From a virus, in the IMG/VR virus record IMGVR_UViG_3300044900_000004, positions 1,103-65,102 of that record: a DNA stretch of 64,000 bases. One strand, given 5' to 3'. This document shows positions 1 to 9,014 of this stretch, piece after piece. Position numbers and translations under genes: made by a program. Every line of letters begins with the position of its first letter. Positions within the stretch are counted from its first letter, which is position 1. Below the pieces are notes generated by a model. It was not told the origin of the DNA, made no database searches, and saw only the letters and a program-made list of their open reading frames with translations.

Positions 1-476
1 TTTTTGATTTTGAATTTAGCAGCTTCCTGATATGCCCGATCGCCTGGCTGGTCGTGAATTCGCTTTAAATTAAATGACCAGGTGTTTTCTGAGCAAGCAC
101 CATATTTTCGTAAGACTCGGACACAACTGCGAAGATAAGTGCCTTCGTCTTGACTGGTATCACCATCTAATTCGCGGGCGTTGTAGTAGATAAAGAGGCG
201 GCTGACATCTTCGCCCTGACCCATGAGGCGATTTGCTAAATATTCATAAGCGCCTGCCATTGCGTTTGCAGTGCAACTATTAGAGTTGCCTTGATTTTCG
301 ACGGGTGTCAGGTACTCGCGCAGATCGACACTGGAGGGAAGGTTACGATCGCGACTACTAAATTTTTTGTCTCTAGGATTCTGCTTATCAGGACGATAAC
401 CGCCTAATTTGATCTCTTGACCCGACGGATTTTTAACTACGGTTGCTCGACGAACATGTTGATAATCTTTTGGCAT
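1..476 (-). CDS. Papain-like C1 cysteine peptidase (host; runs off window start)
   Basis: Manual translation from ATG at 476: MPKDYQH...VDLREYLTPVENQGNSNSCTANA...SRLFIYYNAR; QGxxxSC catalytic motif. Confidence 0.85.
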   Translation of the reverse strand, partial: MPKDYQHVRRATVVKNPSGQEIKLGGYRPDKQNPRDKKFSSRDRNLPSSVDLREYLTPVENQGNSNSCTANAMAGAYEYLANRLMGQGEDVSRLFIYYNARELDGDTSQDEGTYLRSCVRVLRKYGACSENTWSFNLKRIHDQPGDRAYQEAAKFKIK

Positions 477-635
477 AAAAAGCTCCTGAAATAGCTGGCT
501 GGATTGCCTTCTGCTACCTATGCTTCCCGAAACCAAAGGGAGGCTAACTGCAACTTTGCTAATAGCGTGATCAGGAGGTTTGTTGAATAACCGTCTTGTC
601 TTTGTTCTGTTTGTCGAAACTTTTTGTATATAAAT

Positions 636-2048
636 TTAGGACATGCGATCGATGGTTCGATATTGAATGGCTTCGGCAACATGATGAGTTTGCAGATGTT
701 CATCATTGGAGAGATCAGCAATCGTTCTAGCGACTTTGAGAATGCGATCGCTAGCTCTTACAGACAGCCCTAATCTGCGAATTGCATTTTCGAGTAAACT
801 ACGAGTCGCGTCGTCGAGAATGCACCATTTCCTCAAATGAACGCTTTGCATTTCTGCATTACAGCGCAGTGGCGTATTTTGGAATCGCTGGTAGGCGCAG
901 TTGCGGGCAAGTTGAACGCGCGATCGTACCGTTGTTGAATCTTCCCCACTGGGCTGTTGGGTGATTTCTTCTGGCTTAAGGCGATTGACTCCGACTTGTA
1001 GATCGATTCTGTCCATCAAGGGCCCCGAAAGCTTTGCCCAATATTGCTCTCTGGCTCTCGGCGAACAGGTACAAGGCTGAATCGTGTCTGCATAATAGCC
1101 ACAAGGACAGGGATTGGTGCTGGCAACAAGTGTAAATCGGGCGGGAAATAGAACGGATTGACGAGTGCGAGAAATGGTAACATGACCATCTTCTAAAGGC
1201 TGGCGCAAAAACTCTAGAACGTCTCGCTTAAATTCCGTTAATTCGTCAAGAAATAGAACTCCTCTATGGGCGAGAGAAATTTCGCCAGGGCGCGGGTAAC
1301 TGCCTCCTCCGACGAGAGACGCTCCGGATGCTGAATGGTGAGGACTACGAAATGGGCGGACAGCAACCAGTGCGCCTTTTTCTTTGAGCAGACCTGCGAC
1401 AGAGTGAATTTGCGTGACTTCGAGCGCTTCCTCAAAGGAGAGGGGTGGCAGTATCGCGGGCAGTCGTCGGGCTAGCATGGTTTTTCCACTTCCGGGTGGG
1501 CCGACAAAGACGACGTTATGACCTCCGGCGGCAGCAATTTCTAGAGCGCGACGGGCGTGAGATTGTCCTTTGACATCCCGCAGATCGGGCGCGTCAATCT
1601 GCATCTGTAGCTCTTTTTCGGCATCGATTTGAACGGGGAGATAAGCAGCAGGATTGCCCAAAAACTGACCAATTTCTGATAGATGTTTGAATCCGTAAAC
1701 GTTGAGACCTTTGACGACGGCGGCTTCGCGAACATTATCAGACGGGACGACTAACCCTGAAAATCCAAGCTGTTTGGCGGCAGCAGCGATCGCCAGTACA
1801 CCCGCAACAGGCCTAAGGGAGCCGTCTAACGAAACTTCGCCTAAAAATAGATGAGTTTCTAATAGTTCGGCACTGACTTGCTCAGAGGCGGCCAAAATTC
1901 CAACACTAATCGGTAGATCAAAGCTCGGTCCTTCTTTGCGGAGGTCGGCTGGCGTGAGATTTACGACTATTTTCCGCATCGGGAACAGATAGCCCGCATT
2001 TCTGAGCGCTGTTTTGACTCGTTCTTTTGATTCTTGAACCACAGCATC
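636..2048 (-). pseudogene. comM: ComM/YifB Mg-chelatase-family AAA+ ATPase, 3' part only (5' end separated by prophage)
   Basis: GPPGSGKT, PFRSPHH, LFLDE, CPCG, DRID motifs; homology begins abruptly at DAVVQESKERVK with an in-frame stop a few codons upstream; the usual ~40-aa N-terminus is absent. Confidence 0.9.
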
Positions 2049-2063
2049 TTGTTTGCGGACTTG

Positions 2064-2408
2064 TTAAATTGCTGGCATCCGACTTCGATCGGCGGCATCA
2101 CAGCACATCGCAATTAGCAGCGGCATGATCGTTAAAATCCTTACCGCATCCTCCTCGTTAGAAATTAGTGATGCCAATTCAGGCGGCACTTCAAGGTGCG
2201 GTGCAAGCGCTGGCAAGTCTGCCGGAACGAGCCTGATCGGAGTGGAGTCAGGAAGCGATCGCACTGTCCCGTCTTCAACACACACTTCTTTAAGTTCGCG
2301 AAAAACCTCAATAATTGGCTCTTGTCCAACAGGAGAGGCGACCTGAAAGTTCCAGGTTCGCCGCTCTTTTGAAAATGTCTTTTGTGATTGTCCTAAGTCG
2401 ATCGCCAT
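2064..2408 (-). CDS. Hypothetical protein, last gene of the structural operon
   Basis: ATG at 2408 overlaps TAA of the upstream gene (TAATG); MAIDLGQSQK..., 114 aa. Confidence 0.65.
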   Translation of the reverse strand: MAIDLGQSQKTFSKERRTWNFQVASPVGQEPIIEVFRELKEVCVEDGTVRSLPDSTPIRLVPADLPALAPHLEVPPELASLISNEEDAVRILTIMPLLIAMCCDAADRSRMPAI

Positions 2409-3463
2409 TACAAACCAACCCCCACATATTGAAGATCTGCTTCGATCGTGCGGGCAGTTGTACCAGCCGTTTTCACGATCACAATACCTGCTCCAAGCAG
2501 GTTGTTTACGGGGATATTCGTCGTGATCGGACTTCCCGTAACAGCTACGCCGTCGATGAAAAATTCTACGCTTGTGCCCGCAGCATTGACCACGATCGCG
2601 AGGTTTTGCCATGCGTTAAAAGGGGCAAAAACGCCAGTTGTAACCGCCGTCTCAACTCCCGCATTTCTGACGACAATCTGCCAGTTGGCACTCGTGCCAC
2701 TCACATATCGGAAAAAGATCCCCGACGTGGTTTCGGTTACAGTTGTGGAGAGAAAGAATCCGGCCCGAACTAGATAAGTGTCCGTAGCGTCAGACGCGAC
2801 AGGAATACGCACACGGCACAAATAATCGCTCTCGCCCGACCCCATTTTTAGGCTAGCCAGCAAGGTTGTGCCATTAACCACGGTGGGCGCAGTAGCCAAG
2901 CCTGCTCTAGCTGTTGCCGATGTTCCTGTAGAAAGCTGTGCGATTCCTGGGGCGGACGTGTCCGTAATGGTCACAAAACTGACCGCAGCAGCAGTTCCGT
3001 TAACGATCGTATTCCATCCGCCAGCCCCCTCAATAAAATGCGAAAACAGTTCGCAGAGGGGGTTATCTCCTCTTAGTAACTGCATCTTGCCGCTTCTGTT
3101 GGGCAGTGTGTATGCGTGGTTCCCGGTCAGCGCTGCGGTAAAACTGGACGTGAAGCCATTATTTCGGATGCCCACGATCGGAGAAATAACGCTCCCCGCC
3201 CACAATGCTCCACCAACTCCCACACCTCCGGCTACAACAACCGCTCCCGTCGTAGTCGAAGTCGAAGGTGTAGTGCCACTTGCTGAGATTGTAGTTGCCC
3301 CGATCGCTCCTGCACTTGCAAGGTTTAGAAGGCTAGGGTCTAATACGCCATCGCTGCGAGTCGAGACCAGTTTATTCCCATCTGCAGCCCCGATTGATGC
3401 AGAAATCGCCTGCACCAATCGGGGAACCCCTGCCAGAATCGTAAGGAACTTGTTTGTGGCCAT
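2408..3463 (-). CDS. Putative head/tail fibre with C-terminal beta-sandwich (ConA-like) domain
   Basis: 351 aa, T/G/A/S-rich; WQNLAIVV...VEFFIDG motif; N-terminus shared with 3464..3976. Confidence 0.6.
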   Translation of the reverse strand: MATNKFLTILAGVPRLVQAISASIGAADGNKLVSTRSDGVLDPSLLNLASAGAIGATTISASGTTPSTSTTTGAVVVAGGVGVGGALWAGSVISPIVGIRNNGFTSSFTAALTGNHAYTLPNRSGKMQLLRGDNPLCELFSHFIEGAGGWNTIVNGTAAAVSFVTITDTSAPGIAQLSTGTSATARAGLATAPTVVNGTTLLASLKMGSGESDYLCRVRIPVASDATDTYLVRAGFFLSTTVTETTSGIFFRYVSGTSANWQIVVRNAGVETAVTTGVFAPFNAWQNLAIVVNAAGTSVEFFIDGVAVTGSPITTNIPVNNLLGAGIVIVKTAGTTARTIEADLQYVGVGL

Positions 3464-3976
3464 TTATGCATCCAGCGCGATCGGGGCATCGTATTCAAAT
3501 AGAATTCCAGTGGTGCTGACCGCATAGCCAAGTGTCTGATAGGTTTGACTTGCCGCGCTTGGAGGCGTTGCGGTGCTAGCGCCTGGGGTCGTCGCGCTAA
3601 GATATCGCCGCCCGATCGTCACGCCCGTTACAGCATTGTTCAAGCCGGAAATATAGACTGTCGCGTTGGCAGCGTTTGCCACATTTGCCAAGACAAAACC
3701 ATTCGCCTCGCGTCCATTGCTGGCATCAGCTTTACGCACATTGCGAGTGCCTGCGTTGTCGTAAATGTTCACGAAGTCGCCTGCTGTCAGCGCTTCAGAG
3801 GCGGCGATCGTTTCTGTCTGTGCGCCAATTCCAACGGGCATAAACGAGTTATCGATCCGCCCGTTTGCCCCGGTCGAGATCAACTTGTTTGCGTCAGATG
3901 CTCCAGTTGAGGCGACGATCGCCTGCACTAGTCGTTCAACTCCGTTGATAAGAGTCAAAAATTTGTTGGTTGTCAT
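3464..3976 (-). CDS. Putative capsid decoration/cement-like protein
   Basis: 170 aa, coupled to neighbours, downstream of capsid gene; ALTAGDFV...ANGFV pattern. Confidence 0.55.
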   Translation of the reverse strand: MTTNKFLTLINGVERLVQAIVASTGASDANKLISTGANGRIDNSFMPVGIGAQTETIAASEALTAGDFVNIYDNAGTRNVRKADASNGREANGFVLANVANAANATVYISGLNNAVTGVTIGRRYLSATTPGASTATPPSAASQTYQTLGYAVSTTGILFEYDAPIALDA

Positions 3977-4404
3977 AGAAATATTGCCTCTTGCGGGTTA
4001 ATTAGAAGTTGAGTGGGTGAAGCGGCAAACCCGACGATTCGCCTAAATCCTGTAGCTGGCTGGGATTGAGTCAGCATTCCGTTTAAGCCTAAAAACACGG
4101 GTTGATTTGCAGCCCAATTCCAGCCCAGATCAGTCGCTAACCCTTGTAGTAGTGCATTGCACAAACTGCCCTGAGATTGCCCGGTTAAGAGCAACCCGAT
4201 CGCCGCATTCCCGTGGCTTTCTTGGTCGCTGCTGGCATAGATCCACTGACCTGATTCCAGAACGATCATTCTTAGTGCGGAGAGTGCGATCGCAGTTTCA
4301 AAGATTCCGCTCTGAATGTTGCCATCCGAGCGATCGCCCCTTTCCCCCCGAACTATCGTGAGTGATTGCGGCGAGGTTGTTTTGCGGTTTAGAATTTCGC
4401 TCAT
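3973..4404 (-). CDS. Putative capsid decoration/cement-like protein
   Basis: 143 aa; WNWAANQPVFLGLNGMLT...RIVGFA pattern; ATGA coupling. Confidence 0.5.
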   Translation of the reverse strand: MSEILNRKTTSPQSLTIVRGERGDRSDGNIQSGIFETAIALSALRMIVLESGQWIYASSDQESHGNAAIGLLLTGQSQGSLCNALLQGLATDLGWNWAANQPVFLGLNGMLTQSQPATGFRRIVGFAASPTQLLINPQEAIFL

Positions 4405-5051
4405 GTTCGCTCCCTGGTGACGATCGCTAATCCCTCTGCCCGCCTCTTTGTTTTGAGATTGGTGTCAGTCGATTCGATATCCCATCGGTAAGCCCTGTTG
4501 CAAAGCTTTTTGATTCGCTTGATTTCGTCTGGAAGATAGAAGTCGCTCAGAATTTCTGAAGACTGCCCTAGCAATGCAATGTCAATGCCTAAAAGATCCT
4601 CCCAAGAGCAAGTCGCGACCATTGCGGAAGTAACCGTTTTTGAGAGGCTGGTTTGAAACAATCCCTCTAAGGCATCCACGATCGAGCAATCAAAATTGAC
4701 GACTCCTCCGGATGGATGCTCAAGCTTGCCAGCAAAATTCCAGCCTGTAATGTCGATCGGGCTGCCCGTCAACATGCTGCCAGCCTTCAACTCAACAGGT
4801 AAAGCCGTTAATTGCAGCGTTCTGTCTGTTGGATTTAGAGGGGCAGCGAGTTCTAGTTCCTGGCAACCGATCGTCAGAATCTCGCCAGTCTGCATGGCCA
4901 CGCCCATCTCATCGATCTTGACGATTGCTGGAGAGGTGGAAACGCTGACACCGCAGCGGACGCGAACCCCGTGATTTAACTGAAACGTTAAATCGTCGAG
5001 GTCTGTCCCCTGAAGGATCAAGATATTCAGGATAGGCGGTGATTCCAGCAT
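4401..5051 (-). CDS. Virion-associated hypothetical protein
   Basis: 216 aa coupled ORF within structural operon. Confidence 0.6.
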   Translation of the reverse strand: MLESPPILNILILQGTDLDDLTFQLNHGVRVRCGVSVSTSPAIVKIDEMGVAMQTGEILTIGCQELELAAPLNPTDRTLQLTALPVELKAGSMLTGSPIDITGWNFAGKLEHPSGGVVNFDCSIVDALEGLFQTSLSKTVTSAMVATCSWEDLLGIDIALLGQSSEILSDFYLPDEIKRIKKLCNRAYRWDIESTDTNLKTKRRAEGLAIVTRERT

Positions 5052-5056
5052 GAGCT

Positions 5057-5362
5057 TTACTCAGAGAGGTCTTCGGCTTCCAGAATCAAAGAAATTGCTT
5101 CATCCCATCCACCTTCGGGCTTTTCAATTCCCAAAGGTTTAGCGATCGCTGCAATCTTCTGCCAGCTTTGCTTGAGGAGTGCCTCTAGCTCGGCTTTGCG
5201 AAGGTCGAATGGGCTGAGTTCGGGGGGTGCCTCTGGTTGAGTGGCTACGGGTGAAGGCTGGCGATCGAGGCTCCATCCGTGAGCAAAAAACACATCTGCA
5301 TCCACCAAAAACACCCGCTTCGATTCGTCCCCTTTGTAAATCGTGAGGAAGGGTAAGCTCAT
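5057..5362 (-). CDS. Hypothetical protein (head cluster)
   Basis: 101 aa ORF between head genes. Confidence 0.6.
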   Translation of the reverse strand: MSLPFLTIYKGDESKRVFLVDADVFFAHGWSLDRQPSPVATQPEAPPELSPFDLRKAELEALLKQSWQKIAAIAKPLGIEKPEGGWDEAISLILEAEDLSE

Positions 5363-5364
5363 GA

Positions 5365-5784
5365 TTAATGAACCTCTGGGCTTACAAAAGCGCCGTAGAT
5401 CAGCGATCCGGGTGTTCCGGTTTTGGTAGCCGTGACGCGCAGATATTTTGCGCCGGGAACAGCCTGCTCGATTTCGCCGCCTGAAAGCGCCATTTCAAGC
5501 GTCTTGGGAGTTGTTCCGTTCGGTTTCACGCTGTCGATGACGGTAAAAGCTCCGCCCAGCGTAAGGCCTGCTTCGACAGAGATTGTCCATTCTGCGGAGC
5601 CTGCAACGTATGCAGAAAAGGCAGTTGGGTAAACGATGACTTTGAAAACGTCGAACGCAACTGCGGTGAAAGCGATCGCAGTCTCGCTTGTGGTTGCCGC
5701 AACTGCAGAAGCAGTGCCGTCGCGCAGTTCCATTTGTTTGTCAAAGTGGAAGGCGCGACGATTAGGGAGAGTTGAAATAGGCAT
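5365..5784 (-). CDS. Putative minor capsid/decoration protein
   Basis: Start ATG 5784 (MPISTLPNRR) preceded by AGGAG; immediately after the capsid gene. Confidence 0.6.
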   Translation of the reverse strand: MPISTLPNRRAFHFDKQMELRDGTASAVAATTSETAIAFTAVAFDVFKVIVYPTAFSAYVAGSAEWTISVEAGLTLGGAFTVIDSVKPNGTTPKTLEMALSGGEIEQAVPGAKYLRVTATKTGTPGSLIYGAFVSPEVH

Positions 5785-5830
5785 AAGAACTCCTAAAGAG
5801 TGTGAAGTAGGGTGTGAAGCAAGAAGATTC

Positions 5831-6766
5831 TTACGCGACAACAGGTAAGTCTTTTACGCCGCGCAGACGAGCCACTGAGCGACCATGCTGCACAGCGATC
5901 GCCGTGTGCCAGTCGATACGGGTTCGCATACAGGGCTTGGTTTCCAGTTCCCCTAAGTCGCGAACACTGATGCCGTAGCCACCTTCGTTATTGCGGAAAT
6001 TCAGACCCTCAACCATGCCATCGTCAAAACTGACCACATAAATTGACGAGTTATTGGTTGTCGAGGCATCTTGAGACGCTTCGTCGAATCCCATAATTTC
6101 CAAATCGTTGTTGTCTTGCCATACAGGGATGATTGGAATTCCCTGGTAAGTCGTGATTCGCTTACCCATGCTTTCTGTGTTGAATTCCACAAAACCGCCA
6201 ACTGCGTTGTTCCGGGATGCTGCACTCATTCGACGCGCAATCGTCTTGTTCACAATGATGTGAGTGGGATTGTCTACTAGGTCGATCAACTCGTCCATCT
6301 TGCTAAGGCTGAGCGCCCCGCCTGCTGCTGCGATGTCGAGAAGCTGAGTCCCGCCAACACGCACCTGCAAACCATCAAAAGCGCGAGGCTCTTTGGATGA
6401 GTCGCCTTTGATGAAGTTACGCGTCCAAGCTAGAGCCTGCGCTTTTAGTTGCTGCTTTTCTTGAGTTTCGCGAACGCTCGGGCCCTGAGTAGCAATCATC
6501 GCCATATCGACATCGAGATCGCGACCGCACATCTTCATAGCCTCGGATTGCGGATTCATGATGCCGATCGACTGATCAAAGCCTTCGTTGTAGCCACGAA
6601 ACCCAACACCTGGGAGTGCGTGCTCTAGGTTGTAGCTGTAGGAATTGCCATCGACATTTTTGAAGCCGATCGCCATTAGAATCTCGGTAGTCGAGGCGTA
6701 TTGCTCGATATAAGCGCGGGTCAGGTCGTCGGCTGATTTGGCCGCTTCAATTAAAGTTAAGCCCAT
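5831..6766 (-). CDS. Major capsid protein
   Basis: 311 aa, MGLTLIEAAK...AFDGLQVR...YQGIPI; follows scaffold-like gene. Confidence 0.85.
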   Translation of the reverse strand: MGLTLIEAAKSADDLTRAYIEQYASTTEILMAIGFKNVDGNSYSYNLEHALPGVGFRGYNEGFDQSIGIMNPQSEAMKMCGRDLDVDMAMIATQGPSVRETQEKQQLKAQALAWTRNFIKGDSSKEPRAFDGLQVRVGGTQLLDIAAAGGALSLSKMDELIDLVDNPTHIIVNKTIARRMSAASRNNAVGGFVEFNTESMGKRITTYQGIPIIPVWQDNNDLEIMGFDEASQDASTTNNSSIYVVSFDDGMVEGLNFRNNEGGYGISVRDLGELETKPCMRTRIDWHTAIAVQHGRSVARLRGVKDLPVVA

Positions 6767-6875
6767 GTGAGTTCAAAGATGAGAGGGGTGTGCTAGTCCG
6801 TTGGCATCCCGCCTCCGGTCTTGGAGATAAAGATTTGGCTTACTGGCATCCCGCCTGAAGCTTATTGCCTCTGGT

Positions 6876-6883
6876 GTTCCCAC
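6876..6883 (-). promoter_or_regulatory. GTRGGAAY motif upstream of capsid gene
   Basis: GTGGGAAC directly after a terminator hairpin. Confidence 0.55.
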
Positions 6884-6885
6884 AC

Positions 6886-6909
6886 AAAAAAGGAGTGAAA
6901 TTTCACTCC
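6886..6909 (-). terminator. Intrinsic terminator after scaffold gene
   Basis: GGAGTGAAA/TTTCACTCC inverted repeat followed by T6 on minus strand. Confidence 0.65.
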
Positions 6910-6933
6910 CTACAACATCATGAAAATTGAGAA

Positions 6934-7725
6934 TTAACCTCGTGCGCGAATAGCCCGAACTCGTTCAGCAAATGGCAGGCTACTAAGATCTTGATTTGCC
7001 CCAAACTGTTTAGCGCTCTGCTGCATCCCGCCTCCCTTGGCGTTGTTCTTGGGCGCGAAACAGTGGCCTAAGACTGGATGCTCTGACAATTCTTCCATGA
7101 ACTCGATCGCGCTCATGGGTTTGCTGGCATCCTTCTTGGAGAAACGCCGAACTCCATTAGCATCCAGAACTTCAAGCTCACCCTTTTCGTTGATTCGCAG
7201 GTGGCGATCGGCATGGGCATTAATGCTATCGAAGAACGACACGCCATCTTCCCCAGCTTCCATGCGCCCGTTCGTAGCCGCAAAATACTTCTCAACCTGA
7301 GTACGTTTTTGCAGTGATGTGAATTTCTTCTCCCACTCCTGAGCCTTCACCTGCTCTTTCTGAATTTGAGCGGTAAACTCGGTTTCAAGCGTTTGTTTGA
7401 GTTGTGCTTCACGCTGGTTAAACTTCTCAGCTTCCTGTTGCAACGCCTCAAATTGCTGATATTTCTCAGGGTCAATACCCTTGAATGAGTCCTTGAGAGA
7501 TGCGAACTGTTTTTCGAGATCCTTGGCTCGATCGCGCTCCTTCTGCAACGCACTCTTTAACCCAGACACGTCTTCCGTTGGTAGTTCGGGGGGTGTTACT
7601 TGAGTGTTGCCGCCTGCTCCGTCATCTTCTTGAAAGGTGATTTGAGGCGCAAAACGCTTGAGAGAAACAGACTCGATCGAATGTCCGTAGCCAGATGAAT
7701 AAAGATTGAATTTCATTGTGGGCAT
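6934..7725 (-). CDS. Capsid scaffolding protein
   Basis: Coiled-coil LKSALQKERDRAKDLEKQ; C-terminal GGG; sits upstream of capsid gene. Confidence 0.8.
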   Translation of the reverse strand: MPTMKFNLYSSGYGHSIESVSLKRFAPQITFQEDDGAGGNTQVTPPELPTEDVSGLKSALQKERDRAKDLEKQFASLKDSFKGIDPEKYQQFEALQQEAEKFNQREAQLKQTLETEFTAQIQKEQVKAQEWEKKFTSLQKRTQVEKYFAATNGRMEAGEDGVSFFDSINAHADRHLRINEKGELEVLDANGVRRFSKKDASKPMSAIEFMEELSEHPVLGHCFAPKNNAKGGGMQQSAKQFGANQDLSSLPFAERVRAIRARG

Positions 7726-7748
7726 CCCGCCGCAACTTCAAGGCTGGA

Positions 7749-7756
7749 GTTCCCAC
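7749..7756 (-). promoter_or_regulatory. GTRGGAAY motif upstream of scaffold gene
   Basis: GTGGGAAC, 23 nt before ATG 7725. Confidence 0.55.
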
Positions 7757-7762
7757 AGTCGA

Positions 7763-8038
7763 TCAAATAGGCATCCCGTCAACCCAGGCTTTGTTCCCAT
7801 TAAAGGTGACGATCGCATTCTGCCCAGGTTTCAAAAAGCCATTGGTGATTGCCTGACATGCCACAATCCCGCCGTCAGCAAGTTGCACCATGATCGCCCC
7901 GCCGTCTGCGTTGCCGCCTAAAATGCGCCCTGAAAACTGCTGCTGAGAGTTTTCTAGTTCAACCTGCGCTTTGAGCTTTTTGGCATAGCTGGCACGATTG
8001 TTTGCTTGTTGTTGTCTGAGGAGTTGATAAGCGTTCAT
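7763..8038 (-). CDS. Small tail-tip protein, paralog of the N-terminus of 9001..10233
   Basis: QQQANNRAS...DGG...AITNGFLKPGQ vs QQAQNRSR...DGG...PVTNGFVKAGQ. Confidence 0.6.
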   Translation of the reverse strand: MNAYQLLRQQQANNRASYAKKLKAQVELENSQQQFSGRILGGNADGGAIMVQLADGGIVACQAITNGFLKPGQNAIVTFNGNKAWVDGMPI

Positions 8039-8057
8039 GAGTAATAAGAGGCGCTAA

Positions 8058-9014
8058 GAACGCATTTCTAAATCAATCGTTAAGTCTTCTCCTTGTGTTC
8101 ACCCAATCGTTGCAGCATCAATCGAATCATCGCTCCCTGAATCATTGCCTCACTCATTTCTGGGAGCAGTTCATAGTCTTTGCTCAAGCGACGATTCTGA
8201 TTGATCCAAGCAAAAGTTCGCTCTACGATCCACCGCTTAGGAAGAATGACAAATCCAGCTTCAGAGCGCTTGATGACCTCTACTTTCGCTCCACAGAGTT
8301 GCTCGATCACTCGCGCAAAATTCTCGCCTTGATACCCTTGATCGACCCAGATCCACTCTAAGGCTTTCGCTTGTTCTGGATCAAGGTTGTCCACGGCAAT
8401 CACACCACCGCGTTGCTCAGAACAGTTAGCATTGATCACGACCCCAGCCAGCAACAACCCCAACGTATCGACCAGGATAAATCGCTTGCGTCCTTTGATC
8501 AGTTTGCCACCGTCAAAGCCGTAGACCTCCCCCTTTTTTCCGTCGTTTTGACGGATTGACTATCAAGGCTGCCCGCACTCGCTTGAGGCTGTTTTCCCAC
8601 CGAGACTCGCACCGCTCGCCGTAAGGTATCGTGAATCTGTTGCCAAATGCCTCTGCGTTGCCACCGTCGGTAGTATTTGTAGACCGTTTGATAAGCGGGC
8701 AGATCGGTCGGTAAGTCGCTCCAGATCACCCCGTTGTGAATCTGATAGAAGATCGCATTGAGAATCTCTCGTTGACACACTTGGCGTTTGCGACCTCGAG
8801 CCTTTGGTAACGGTAGGAGCGGTCGAATAATCTCCCACTCGCGGTCACTCAAGTCAGTACTATAGCGTTTAGCCGCCCGTTCCGCTGCCCGGCGAAAGCG
8901 ACGAGGTTTGAGGGTGGTAGCCATGCCTGAATCATTGGTAGAAAGACTTCTCAATCCTGATTCCTTTTCCCTTCCTATCTGCATCTCTTTAACCTTTTAT
9001 TTAGAAATGCGCTC
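8058..9014 (-). mobile_element. IS5-family insertion sequence, 957 bp
   Basis: 16-bp terminal inverted repeats (GAACGCATTTCTAAAT / RC GAGCGCATTTCTAAAT, 15/16) flanked by TAA duplication at 8055-8057 and 9015-9017. Confidence 0.92.
8080..8924 (-). CDS. IS5-family transposase in two frames joined at an A6G5 run (-1)
   Basis: YSTDLSDREW, LDSQSVKT, then in -1 frame GEVYGFDGGKLIKGRKRFILVDTLG, DQGY, KRWIVERTFAW. Confidence 0.88.

Noticed and set aside
2064-2612. 182-aa ORF as given in the track
   Set aside because: The first 68 codons overlap the fibre gene; the true start is likely ATG 2408 (TAATG coupling).
7020-7035. Extra GCATCCCG matches at 7023 and 7770
   Set aside because: Inside coding frames (GGM, GMP codons), so likely coincidental and not counted as leader hairpins.
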